From Paramoeba atlantica (lineage: Eukaryota > Protista > Discosea): 64,000 bases of DNA. Positions within the stretch are counted from its first letter, which is position 1. Every line of letters begins with the position of its first letter. Under the pieces are notes generated by a model. That model made no database searches and was not told the origin of the DNA. It worked only from the letters and a program-made list of their open reading frames with translations. Of the stretch, positions 51,545-62,209 are shown piece by piece. The position numbers were made by a program, and so were the translations under genes. Location of the stretch: the NCBI GenBank assembly GCA_977017575.1, contig CDRNVI010000012.1, positions 992,001 to 1,056,000 on the forward strand. The letters run 5' to 3'.

Positions 51545-52506
51545 TACATAAATAACCCCTCCGCACCAATAAGGCACCCACCCTTAACTTTTCAGACAAA
51601 TGTCGGTTTGGGCTCATTTTTGTTGCATTTTTCAGATCTCAACGCAAAGACTTTGCGCGTGAAGAAATGAGACAAAAAAAAACGAATACGTATACTTTAG
51701 AGAGAGATTACCATTTTGTCACCATTTCTCCGTTACTCGCTACGCAAGCTTTGAGGCAAGCATCGAAGTTCAAAACCGAATCATAAATAAAATCTTGAGA
51801 CAATTTACGCCAAGCTTTACGTACGCTTTTTATGAGATCTTCTTTATTTGCAAGATTGCATTCATCTACAAGATTTTGTACCATGCTCCACACGTTTTCT
51901 ATCGGTGAGAGATCGGGGGAGTTGGGCGGCCAATTTTTCAATAATTTCATTTTGCTGTCCTCAAGGTACACTTTTGTTTCCTTCGCAATGTGAGGTGTTG
52001 CTCCATCTTGCTGAAAAATACAGTTTGGGGTGCATGGTACTTTTTTTAATGTTTTAATGTACGAAACACATGTAATTGAGTTGGATGGGAGAATAACAAG
52101 GTGTCTTTGGATTCCTTTTTTTTTACTTCAGGGCTCAGAGAGTAAATTTTCAGGCGAATTGTTTTTCAAATATTTTCGAATATGTTTCACATTATACTCG
52201 CGGGTCATTAAACTCGCGGGCTAGTTGTCTTATCGCAACCCTTTGGCCAAACCTCATGCGCAATAACACTTTTCCACTTTCTGTAAGACCACCCCTGGGG
52301 AGTCGATATGCATTTCTTGGTATGAGAAGTGTGTTTTTCAAAAAAATACATCCAACTCTTTTTTAGTTTTCGAAATGACCTAAAGACAACGGGAACTTAC
52401 AGATCTCAAAATTTTGCACGATAAAGTGGTGCGATAACCCACCTAGCCCCCCTCGTACAAAAAATAAGGGTGGGTGCCTTTTTGATGCGGAGGGGTTTAC
52501 GTGTGT
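51545..52506 (-). mobile_element. Internally deleted Tc1/IS630-like element with DD35E spacing
   Basis: 32-bp TIR core 51555-86 / 52465-96 (2 mismatches); IFQQDGATPH...WPPNSPDLSPIENVW with 35 residues between D and E. Confidence 0.85.
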
Positions 52507-52685
52507 ATAGATACGTACGTAGGTATTCATGTAACCATGTGTACACCAAAGATGTCCACAGGCGATTCACTGAGATTCATGTCATAAGTGTGTGTACAGG
52601 ATCTTATAAGCTCACGTTGAGATGGACACATCGTTTACCAGAACTATTATTATCTGAATTACAATCCTTGTACTAGTTTTGTATT

Positions 52686-53774
52686 ATGGTAGACACTATT
52701 CCTGAGCTTGTCCCTGGGGTGAACAACGCCCCTTCCCCAAGGACCTCTTATATGGAGCTTTGCTCCATGAAGCGACTTGGTTTAACCGTGCAACGGGACC
52801 TCGTTGGGGTCCTTCCCGGCGCCATTCAGTTTGCCAAAGAATTCGTAAACATTGATCCCATACTGGAGCGCGCATCCGCATGCGCGGGCAACGGTGACTC
52901 AATCCGAGGTACTCAAGTGATTCGTCGTAACTTGAGTGCCTTGCAACGAGGTGACTTCTCCAGCACGGATGTAGCTCCCCAAGTACTGGTCAAACTGCGC
53001 GATGAACTGTGCGCAGAGGAATCTGCTCTGCTTCGCCCTCAGAGCACCGCTACTGTCCCCGTCGGACAGTCGGAAAAAAGCACCCCAAAAGACATCTGCG
53101 AAGCGTTCCGATCCTTGATCGGAACCCAGGAAGACCCTCGTTGTGGCCCGCAATTGCACGCATGCTTAACACAAACGGGGTTTAGCGGCGAGCCGTGGCT
53201 AACACAAGAGGTGAAGCGTCGAGTCTGTGACGCAGTGGGGGGGGGGGTCTGGACATTGCACTACGCCAAAAGTTTGGCTAGTATGCCGCCGGATACGCGA
53301 TTCCCGAACATCGAGGAGGACGGCGTTCGTCTCGGCCTCTGGACCCTCTTGTGCAAATTAGGGTCCATTCTCTTAACTCATTGCCTTCGTCATGAGGGCG
53401 TTGGGGTGGCCGCGGAGACCCTGGAACAAATTATGATGGGAGAAGCTGCGGACAACAATAATAAGGCTATAGTGTCCCACTTGGCCACCCATGCACGTGC
53501 GGTAGCGCAACTTCAGTCGCAAAAGCGCATCTTAAATTCTACTCCAAACCGTGTTGTAGTGGCCAAAAGGGCTCCCACAAATTCCCATGTGGAGTTCAAG
53601 CCGTGGAAGTTCCCTAAGGCGCCACCGGGTGTCTGCCGTCACTGCGGCAAACGAGGTCATGTGGCTCGGTACTGCAAGGAGTCAGCCACGAAAAATCCCA
53701 GCGATGGTAAGCCCCCACCAGAAAAGCGCTCGCTTATGGGGATGCATTACGTGAGCCGTTACAAGAAGGAGTAG
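52686..53774 (+). CDS. Gag-like protein with CCHC zinc knuckle
   Basis: 362-aa intact ORF; CRHCGKRGHVARYC = CX2CX4HX4C near the C-terminus; GC-richer than its flanks. Confidence 0.75.
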   Translation: MVDTIPELVPGVNNAPSPRTSYMELCSMKRLGLTVQRDLVGVLPGAIQFAKEFVNIDPILERASACAGNGDSIRGTQVIRRNLSALQRGDFSSTDVAPQVLVKLRDELCAEESALLRPQSTATVPVGQSEKSTPKDICEAFRSLIGTQEDPRCGPQLHACLTQTGFSGEPWLTQEVKRRVCDAVGGGVWTLHYAKSLASMPPDTRFPNIEEDGVRLGLWTLLCKLGSILLTHCLRHEGVGVAAETLEQIMMGEAADNNNKAIVSHLATHARAVAQLQSQKRILNSTPNRVVVAKRAPTNSHVEFKPWKFPKAPPGVCRHCGKRGHVARYCKESATKNPSDGKPPPEKRSLMGMHYVSRYKKE

Positions 53775-55043
53775 TCCTCTCTAAGAATAGATGATTATTG
53801 GCCATATAGTATCAATTGTTTATCGTGGCGTTTACATGCTTACAAGTCAGCCTGGTTTTCTTTATTTGTCTCACGGATCACCAAAAGAGCAAAAAAAAAT
53901 CTCTTATCTGTTTCACTGCACGCAGTCTAGTGCCAATTTTTGTTTTCATGCCTTTTATTAGAAGATAGTCATAAATTTATCATAGTTGATAGCTATCAAA
54001 GAAGCTAGAAGGAAAGCTATAGAAGAAGCTAGAAGGAAGTGTGCATAATGTCCCTAAAGGGTAGTAATGCGTTACTTTCGACCCACAACCTTGTTTAATT
54101 CCCTTGACCCTTTACGCTCTTCTCTCACTTCCTTAACGCATTCCGCTTCCCGGAGTGTTTTTCTGTCTTTAGATGACCCTGTTCCCGTAGATGATAAAAG
54201 CGGGGAACCCTTTTTGGTGCACATTCCTCTGCAGCAGTAGTGCATCCTTTTTTTGTAGAAGCAATGGGTAATGTGCTGTCATTTGCCGGAGTCTTTCGTT
54301 TTGGGCGAACGGAAAGACGCAAGTTGATGGATTCACGCAGCCGAGAGTCTTGAGCACTCAGCGTCTTCGTCCTCTTTGTCAACTGGGATGAAAGAGTTTT
54401 GTCAACCAAAGCATCAGCCTTATCATTATACGCATTTCCGTTGTGGGTTTTTCCGTTGACGAAGACGAATCTTCGATCTAAAATTCAAGAAGCTCTCAAA
54501 GGACGTTTTTGTCTCGCAGTGGCTGGCAGCGTTTGGCACTGGCTCGCAGTGGCGGTCTGCATGGGTTCCATTCGGCATGCGAGGTCAATCCCCCTCCACC
54601 TCATCATCATTAGGAGGTAAATCGCCTTCCATTAGACAGATAAAAATGTATACAGCAAATAATTGCTATTGAGGGAGATACTACTCCCTCGCTATCCTAT
54701 ATTAATAAACTTGGCCCGAAATTTGGCCCGACAAAAACATTTCCGGAAAAAGTGTTTTTCGCAAAGAATCAAAGGTAACACCATAAACTGATAGTTTTAA
54801 GAAAGAAAAACGTACCTTTTGGACGACTCGAGACCCCCTTCTTCGGAAGCGATTTGCAAACCCCAATTTGCCACATACATGCTTTTTTGAACTGGAAGTG
54901 TGGGATACGCAAGACCGTAGAGGAAGGAGGAGGCGCAACGCAAAAAGCAGAAGGCGGAGCCTTCTGCCTTTTTGCCGCAGCGACGACGATTTCCTCGCGT
55001 GGGAAGCTGTAAGGAGTCCTAGGGAACATGTTTTTACTGTGTA

Positions 55044-55225
55044 GCCTAGGGTAAACTGGAAGAGGGAGATACCAATAGTGTAGGTGCGGCAGTTTCCCAC
55101 AGGACAAACGGTATCCCCCTTATGGCATGAAGACAGGCGCCTAAAAAGGTGGAGATGCCGTTTGTCCTGTGGGAAACTGCCGCACCTACACTACTGGTAT
55201 CTCCCTCGTTCACTTTACCCTCGGT
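55044..55225. mobile_element. Hairpin MITE (50-bp near-perfect core arms, about 66 bp with mismatches), TA-flanked
   Basis: 55062-55111 versus 55158-55207, one mismatch; arms extend imperfectly to TA at 55042-43 and 55226-27. Confidence 0.8.
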
Positions 55226-55489
55226 TATTCTTAAGTGACGAATGTAAGTTATGAGACGTGAGTAGGGAAAATAACATCTGCAAAAAAGCGCATGTATTTT
55301 AGCGAAAAAAGGACAAGGTGCGCTCCCAAGCGCTCTCACCCAGTTTCAACCCTCTAAATATAGCATCTCATTTCGTCATTTTTTGACCAAAATTGATTAT
55401 TTCATTCTGTAAAAAGAAATATGTGGGGAGATTTTCCATGGATACAAAAACTAATACCGACAGCGAGAAACGATTATCGCTGCCTGGAG

Positions 55490-56935
55490 ATGAAGAAAGG
55501 CAATGAAAGAGAAGAACCGTCTTCTGCTCTCGATAATAATCCTCTATATTGTGAGCCACAAGGAAAGGCATTTTCGATGCAAAAGCGTGCAACAAAAAAA
55601 CGGAAACCTAATTTTGAAACATCAAGGACAAGCAAGCCTTCAGGAAAAGTGTTAAACCATGCTCAGGAGCACAAAGTCGACGTTTTTCAAGATTTGAGAG
55701 CGACGGGCTTTGCGCTGCCGTATGATCACCCCACTCCCATTCAAGCACAATCGATTCCAGTTGCGCTGCATGGCGCAAGTATTTTAGGTGTTGCGCCCAC
55801 GGGAAGCGGCAAAACACTAGCGTACGTTTTACCATTGCTTGCAAAAGCCAGAGAAGGATACTCTTCCATTGTGCTATTTCCCACTCGTCTACTAGCACTG
55901 CAATCGCTAGATGTTTGTAAGCAGATCAGTTTCCATCAAGAAAAACAGTCGAATAATACAATGTCTTTTACAAACATTTCCAAGTCCGCTCTTCAGAAAG
56001 AAAATATATTAACTTTCTGCTGTGTCGGAAATTTAAGTGATCAACGAGACGGGGATGTATCGCTCGTCACATTTTTGGAACAAAATCTTGTTCAAGAAGG
56101 GCGCGTACTTTTTACAACGCCAGGCGCAGTGCTTTCTCGATTGAAGAGCAAGGCACCCACTCGGTTATCCCTTCGCAAGTTTCTAAATAGCGCCGTTCAG
56201 ATAGTGGTTCTGGATGAGGTTGATAGATTGTTCGATATTGGAACACGGAAACGTGTATTCCACATACTCAGTCAAGTTTTGTTGTTAAATCAGGTCCTCG
56301 CTTTTTCAGCCACATGTAGCAAAGAAATAAAAGATGTCATTCAAAATAGTTTTCCTCTGGCTGTTTTCCATATCGTCACTGTTGGTCCAAATTCCGTTCC
56401 GTGCAGTAATGTAAAACAAAGCTTCACATTTGTTTCTTCGATGGTGCACAAACAGATTTTCCTACGTAACTATGTAAAATACATCCTGGAAAATGAGGAA
56501 ACTGCTCAAATTCTTGTTTTTTGTGGCTCCAAGTCAAATACACGGAATCTATATAACTTTTTAGCTCGGGAACTTCCTCAGTACGCCTCCCAGTGTACAA
56601 CTCTTTCATCTGATCTTTCTCAATGCGAACGAGAAAAACGTATGGAAGACTTACGTCAAACCAAAAAATTGCGTGTAGTGTTGGGGACTGATATGGTTGC
56701 TCGAGGACTCGATATTCCGTTAGTTGATTATATAGTAAATTTCGAATTCCCACGTAACTTGGTGGACTACGTGCACCGCGCCGGCCGTACGGGTCGGGCT
56801 GGGCAGACAGGCTATTTGCACACGTTAATACGTGATAGAGAAAAACCTTTTGTTCCTGCTCTGTGTGATATGCTTGAACGGCAAGGAATAGAAATTCCAC
56901 GCGATTTACTGTTTTATCGAAATACTGGAAAATGA
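55490..56935 (+). CDS. DEAD-box RNA helicase
   Basis: PTPIQAQSIP, APTGSGKT, VLDEVD, FSAT, TDMVARGLD, YVHRAGRTGRAG. ORF track starts at 55421. Confidence 0.95.
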   Translation: MKKGNEREEPSSALDNNPLYCEPQGKAFSMQKRATKKRKPNFETSRTSKPSGKVLNHAQEHKVDVFQDLRATGFALPYDHPTPIQAQSIPVALHGASILGVAPTGSGKTLAYVLPLLAKAREGYSSIVLFPTRLLALQSLDVCKQISFHQEKQSNNTMSFTNISKSALQKENILTFCCVGNLSDQRDGDVSLVTFLEQNLVQEGRVLFTTPGAVLSRLKSKAPTRLSLRKFLNSAVQIVVLDEVDRLFDIGTRKRVFHILSQVLLLNQVLAFSATCSKEIKDVIQNSFPLAVFHIVTVGPNSVPCSNVKQSFTFVSSMVHKQIFLRNYVKYILENEETAQILVFCGSKSNTRNLYNFLARELPQYASQCTTLSSDLSQCEREKRMEDLRQTKKLRVVLGTDMVARGLDIPLVDYIVNFEFPRNLVDYVHRAGRTGRAGQTGYLHTLIRDREKPFVPALCDMLERQGIEIPRDLLFYRNTGK

Positions 56936-57215
56936 CTAATGTGACGCATTCGTTTGTTGAAACTAGATTTACCAAAGCGTCTGAACATTGTTCTCGGGTG
57001 TTTTAATTAATTTTGAACAACACAGTACAGAGGTAAAATTTTTACTTCAAAACATTTGCTTTACGATATATTTTAAAAATTATATCGTAATGCAATTGTT
57101 TTGCTACTAAGAAAAATCCCTCCTCAAGAAATAGATTTCACTTTCTTTACAGCTATCTTCATCACGCCTGCACGGTTTATGTTTTGAGACCCACATTTCT
57201 ATTCCGCACACCCTC

Positions 57216-58580
57216 ATGGTGCTCTCTCGCAACTACAAGGGACGGATGAGTCCAATTAACCCACGAGAAGCTCTGCTTCGGCGCGTTCTCCTCCGTCGCA
57301 CCCACGAGACCCCGCAGTCTTGTTCACAGAACCCACCCGGCGCCAACCCCTCCGAAGTCATGTTATGGGTGAGGTCACATGTGCGTCGCCGGGAGGACAT
57401 GGCCCTTAGCGCTCTCGAGGAGAAACTTCGCCCATGGCGGGACGCGATGGAGAGCTCCACTGGAAAAGCCCTAGGCTCCCATCGCTCGCTAACCACCGAA
57501 TCCGACGGCAATCTTTTTACCCTGCGGCAGTTTCCCATGTACCCCGGGGAGTATGTCCCCGCGGGACACAAACCATTAGTCTCGCTGCGGGATGAACTCA
57601 CGAGCGATTTGTTAGCGCAGAATATTAAAACCGCCTGGCTTCAAGTCACCCAGGGGGAGTTTTTCGCCTCCCCCTCAGAGTATTACCGCAGAGTAGATGG
57701 TTTGGATGAGTCGCGATTGACGGATATCGTCGGGGCTGTGTTTCCCACTCTAGATGTTCATGAGACGCGTGCGCTGGTACGTAAAGTGTTGGAGTCGCTC
57801 TCTTCGGATGAGAATACGCCCTCGCGTGCGTTGGCACGAACCGTCACAGCGGAATCATTGGGGCTTGACGATGCCCCACAACATTACACGAATTTTCTGC
57901 AGTGGATGGGTCGTATGATGGATACCGTGGGGTTCAAAACTGAACATGCACTTTACCAATTTTGTCGTAAAAAATTCAACGCTTATGACTCCCGATTAAT
58001 GTACGAAAACTATCTCATGATAGGAAAGAACTACATGAACGCTGCACGTATTGATGGGTACAGTCACTATTATCTTATTTTGCAGGATTTCATTCGTAAA
58101 ATTACGGCTGGCGACACCAGGTCTCAGATTGGGGTCCGTATCGACCCTCCCGAGATGGATCCTCACACTGGATTAGCCGTCGGATGGGGCTATCACAGTG
58201 CACTAACGGTCATTGCACTAATGCGAGAAAACAACGCGCGTACTGGGGAGATGGTTCTTCAAGGGGAGCCCGTCGGAGAGTACTTTGATGATAAATCGTG
58301 GTGGATGGAATATTTGCTTCAACCCTTTGACGACGCTGGTGTGTGCGTGCGAGACTTTGATGTGTATTTGGCTGCGGAATTTTTCCACCCCGGTGGAGAT
58401 AAGAATAGGTTATGTCGAGCCGGTCGCATTGCCATTGCCATGGCATTAACGAAGCTAATGCCGATTACTCGGATACATATTAAGAAGGCGGGTATGCTTT
58501 CGTTCAGTAAACGGCGCAGATGGCTTCCAAAGCCCGGGAAAAAGGGGCTCAACCGCACTAGGCACTTCTACAAGCGTTAA
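57216..58580 (+). CDS. uS9m: Mitochondrial ribosomal protein uS9m (kinetoplastid type)
   Basis: C-terminal AGRIAIAMAL......KKAGML....RR..PKPGKKG.NR..HFYKR, typical S9 tail; long N-terminal extension. Confidence 0.75.
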   Translation: MVLSRNYKGRMSPINPREALLRRVLLRRTHETPQSCSQNPPGANPSEVMLWVRSHVRRREDMALSALEEKLRPWRDAMESSTGKALGSHRSLTTESDGNLFTLRQFPMYPGEYVPAGHKPLVSLRDELTSDLLAQNIKTAWLQVTQGEFFASPSEYYRRVDGLDESRLTDIVGAVFPTLDVHETRALVRKVLESLSSDENTPSRALARTVTAESLGLDDAPQHYTNFLQWMGRMMDTVGFKTEHALYQFCRKKFNAYDSRLMYENYLMIGKNYMNAARIDGYSHYYLILQDFIRKITAGDTRSQIGVRIDPPEMDPHTGLAVGWGYHSALTVIALMRENNARTGEMVLQGEPVGEYFDDKSWWMEYLLQPFDDAGVCVRDFDVYLAAEFFHPGGDKNRLCRAGRIAIAMALTKLMPITRIHIKKAGMLSFSKRRRWLPKPGKKGLNRTRHFYKR

Positions 58581-58966
58581 GTACGCGCTATTTATGAGTC
58601 ATCTACAATTTCGGGTCATCATACACTTCTGTAGACAACTACATGGCATAAAAGGTGCAATAAAATCAATGATGAAGCGGCATAGGTATGAACTGCCTTG
58701 CAGGAGATTGTTTGCTTAAATAACTTAAGAAATATATCTTTGAAAAAATATGTTTTAGATACATATTCGTGTACATTTTTTTCGCCAGTTTCGCTTCGGG
58801 AACTCTGGGTTAAGCTTTTTTGAAGTAACGAATCCTTTGATTTTTTTCAGGAAAAGTGTCACTTGAACTCACTTAGTCATACTAACTAGTGAGTCATACT
58901 AACTCTTGAAGTATTGATTTATTTCACTATATTTTCTCATTGACTCTCATTTTTTGATGAAATGAT

Positions 58967-61948
58967 TTGAAAAGAGTAGCAAACTTGGAATTGGTTACGA
59001 GCATGCCTGTGAGGCGAACCTGTAGAAAACGGAGCGAAGACAACAGCAAGCCGAAAGCAGAGAAGCGTCTCCGATCTGATATGGATTCATTGGATTTATC
59101 CCCGTACGTACGAGTTATTCCGTATGCTAAAACTGATGCAGTGTGCACCACTCCGGAGCTAGGAATCACGTCGTGTGAAAGTCATCAAAAAATCATCGAA
59201 AAATCTGAATCCTACTTGCGTTGCCTTTTCACGCATCCTGACACATTGCTTTACTTTCCTCCTCCCAGACCAGCAAATTTTTGGGATGACGTTTTAGAGC
59301 AAGTGTCAAAAACGGCGGAAGGCTACTTAGCGCAAATCAATGGGCAAGAAAAGATGCACTCCGCACTCTGTATATCCGCTCAGCGTCGTGTTGAGGCGTC
59401 TAAAAGGAAACCTGTGGAGCGTGCTGCTACACAGAAAAGAGCTATTAATCACGTGGCACGTAACCTGTGCGAGGCCTCTAAAGAATTCTGGGCTCCACTT
59501 CGCGCTGAGGCCCAGAAACAATGTACCAAAGCCATTAAAATAGTAAAAGAAAGGGAACTTCATGAAAGACAACTCAGGGCGCTGGAAGCTACTGAAGCGT
59601 TGGTTCGCACACGCAGTTCGCTTCACTTGGGTATGGGTAGAACGGTTCCACCCCTAAATTTACTTGAGGAAGTATCCACTGGATTGCGAGGCTATCAGAA
59701 GGTTGGTGTTGAATGGCTTATATCCTTACATGACCAATCATTAAGTGGTATATTGGCCGATGAGATGGGTTTAGGAAAGACAATACAAACCATAGCATTT
59801 TTTGCATTTCTTGCGGAGCATCGTCAAAATTGGGGACCTCACCTCGTTGTTGTTCCTATGAGCGTGCTACTAAATTGGGAGAGTGAGTTCAAACGTTGGG
59901 CTCCGTCGCTAGAGGTGCTGAGCTACTATGGAACCACTGCACGCCGAGCTCAGCTGCGAAAGGGGTGGAGCGGAGATTGGGCTGCGAACGTCGTACTAGT
60001 CTCGTACAACACTATTTTATCAGATCAAGCCCGGTTTCAGAGACGACGTTGGCGATATCTGGTTTTAGATGAAGCACATGGTATAAAAAATTGGGAGTCT
60101 CAACGTTGGCAAGTATTATTAAATTTGCATTCTGAAAATCGACTTCTTCTTACGGGAACTCCTTTGCAAAACAGCGCCATGGAATTATGGTCTTTGCTGT
60201 ATTTCCTAATGCCAGACTCTAATATATTTGATAGCCATGACGACTTTCAAGCGCTGTATGGCAGTTTGACTCCTCGTCCTGAGGAAATTCGAAGATTGCA
60301 TGACATACTACGCCCATTTATGTTACGTCGGCTGAAAAGTGACGTCGAAAAACAGCTTCCGAGGAAATTTGAAAAGGTTATTCTATGTCCATTGTCTCAG
60401 AAGCAGCGTATGATGTACAATGATTATATGCGACTTGATGAAACGAAAGAAATGCTTGCTTCGGGCAACGCTTTAGGTATTCTAGCTGTTCTAATGGGGT
60501 TACGAAAGGTATGTAATCACCCTCGTTTATTTGCAGCGAGAACAGCAGACGTTCCATACGTAATGTCGCCTTCAGTACTTGCACAATACCGTTGCTGTTG
60601 CGAAAGACTGCACGGGATGGCGAGTACGAAGGATATACTCCTTCAACTGTCATCAACAAGAAATATCCTGTATCATCCTTTGTCTTGGTTGTACCAAGAA
60701 GAAGCTCATTCTCCTCCCAAGATACCAGTTGAGAGCTATGATATTAGTAAGGTAGAGGAATTAGCATGTGAAACATTACATTTTCCTTTCACGCATCCAG
60801 AACTTGAATCATATGTTGATGAATACAAATCCCGAAAAAGGCAAGAACGGGAACTACGCTCTTTAGCATCGCTGAAACGCTCTGCTGATCACTTTCGTTT
60901 GATTAACATATGGGACGCACCTCCCCGCATGTTTTTTTCTTGCACACAAAAGGTCATGTTTGGGGATCGAAATCTTTGTAGCGTTCCCTTGATTCACGGT
61001 GATCACGACGTGGCACGCGAAATCTTCCCACTGTTAGATCAAATACCAGTTACACATAAGCGGTGCATAGCATCGAATAGTTTCGCTATGGGCTCTTCTA
61101 AAATTGTAGAAGCGGAAAAAATGAAATTTGATCCGCTGAATTGTGCACACCAATTTCGACAAGAAATTTCACGGCGACACTGCTTGGAAGACCCCGGCAC
61201 TCGTGGTTTGATTTTTGAATCAGGAAAGCTCCAGGTGCTATCAATTTTGCTGCCTCAATTGCATGCCCAAGGTCACAAATGTCTCATTTTTACACAGTTT
61301 ACCAAAGTGCTAGATATTCTTCAGGAATTTCTTACGGGTCTCACTCTTCCATATGTCCGGCTTGACGGAAAGACACCAGTCCGAGATAGGCATCGTTTAG
61401 TTACCCGCTTTAATAATAATTCACGCATTTTTGCTTTTATTCTTTCTACCCGAAGCGGAGGTCTCGGGCTAAACCTTACAGCTGCAGATACAGTTGTGTT
61501 TTATGACAGTGATTGGAATCCCACAGTCGATCTCCAAGCTCAAGACCGTTGTCACCGCATTGGACAAGCTCGAGATGTTACAATTTATCGTCTAGTCTCT
61601 GAACATACTGTGGAAGAACGTATTCTTCTTCGTGCGCGACAAAAGCGACGACTAAATCATCTAGTCTTGCGTACCGGCCGTTTCGATACCCTCGACCCTC
61701 AGGAGTGGTCCAGCGACTTTGGCGTAGAAGACAAAGACTCAGCCTCAGTGTTGGATTTCTTTCAAGACTTTCCCGGAGTTGAAGACGGGATGGAGAAAGC
61801 TGAGCGAAGAACTCACTTCGAAGACTTGCTCAGGCAAGTTGAGGACATGGAAGATCAAGATATTTCAACGTCTGCGCAAATATCTTCTCCTTTTCTCGGT
61901 GTTTTGTCACGCTACGGACTACGTTTATTGTGTGAAAATAGTTTATGA
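58967..61948 (+). CDS. SWR1: SWR1/SRCAP-family SNF2 chromatin-remodelling ATPase
   Basis: LRGYQKVGVEWL, ILADEMGLGKTIQT, DEAH.IKNW.SQRW..LL, LRKVCNHP.LF, split ATPase insertion, YDSDWNP..D.QAQDRCHRIGQ.RDV.IYRL. Confidence 0.9.
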   Translation: MKRVANLELVTSMPVRRTCRKRSEDNSKPKAEKRLRSDMDSLDLSPYVRVIPYAKTDAVCTTPELGITSCESHQKIIEKSESYLRCLFTHPDTLLYFPPPRPANFWDDVLEQVSKTAEGYLAQINGQEKMHSALCISAQRRVEASKRKPVERAATQKRAINHVARNLCEASKEFWAPLRAEAQKQCTKAIKIVKERELHERQLRALEATEALVRTRSSLHLGMGRTVPPLNLLEEVSTGLRGYQKVGVEWLISLHDQSLSGILADEMGLGKTIQTIAFFAFLAEHRQNWGPHLVVVPMSVLLNWESEFKRWAPSLEVLSYYGTTARRAQLRKGWSGDWAANVVLVSYNTILSDQARFQRRRWRYLVLDEAHGIKNWESQRWQVLLNLHSENRLLLTGTPLQNSAMELWSLLYFLMPDSNIFDSHDDFQALYGSLTPRPEEIRRLHDILRPFMLRRLKSDVEKQLPRKFEKVILCPLSQKQRMMYNDYMRLDETKEMLASGNALGILAVLMGLRKVCNHPRLFAARTADVPYVMSPSVLAQYRCCCERLHGMASTKDILLQLSSTRNILYHPLSWLYQEEAHSPPKIPVESYDISKVEELACETLHFPFTHPELESYVDEYKSRKRQERELRSLASLKRSADHFRLINIWDAPPRMFFSCTQKVMFGDRNLCSVPLIHGDHDVAREIFPLLDQIPVTHKRCIASNSFAMGSSKIVEAEKMKFDPLNCAHQFRQEISRRHCLEDPGTRGLIFESGKLQVLSILLPQLHAQGHKCLIFTQFTKVLDILQEFLTGLTLPYVRLDGKTPVRDRHRLVTRFNNNSRIFAFILSTRSGGLGLNLTAADTVVFYDSDWNPTVDLQAQDRCHRIGQARDVTIYRLVSEHTVEERILLRARQKRRLNHLVLRTGRFDTLDPQEWSSDFGVEDKDSASVLDFFQDFPGVEDGMEKAERRTHFEDLLRQVEDMEDQDISTSAQISSPFLGVLSRYGLRLLCENSL

Positions 61949-62209
61949 AAAGGCGTTGATTAAAGAAGTTCGTGCAGCCTTCATTGAACAGAGGTTTCAG
62001 TTGATATTCGCTCCGTAAAAAATCGAATGTTTTCCTCGGTTTTGCTTATTTTAAACTTCTTACTTCTGTGGGTAGTATGTTTTGCGCAGGGGCGAAAGAT
62101 GTAAAAAAAATCTCTTTATCTCTAGAGACAGCGTATGTAGAAATCTTCAAAAGTGTATTACAAGTATATTACAGGTTAAAAGGGTATTTTAGTTCATATA
62201 ATTTCGCCT

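Larger units (their letters stand above)
50619..54075 (+). mobile_element. 3.46-kb unit bounded by perfect 42-bp inverted repeats, containing a minisatellite, a nested Tc1 relic and a gag-like ORF
   Basis: GTAACGCATTACTACCCTTTAGGGACATTATGCACACTTCCT at 50619-60 and its exact reverse complement at 54034-75. Confidence 0.7.
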
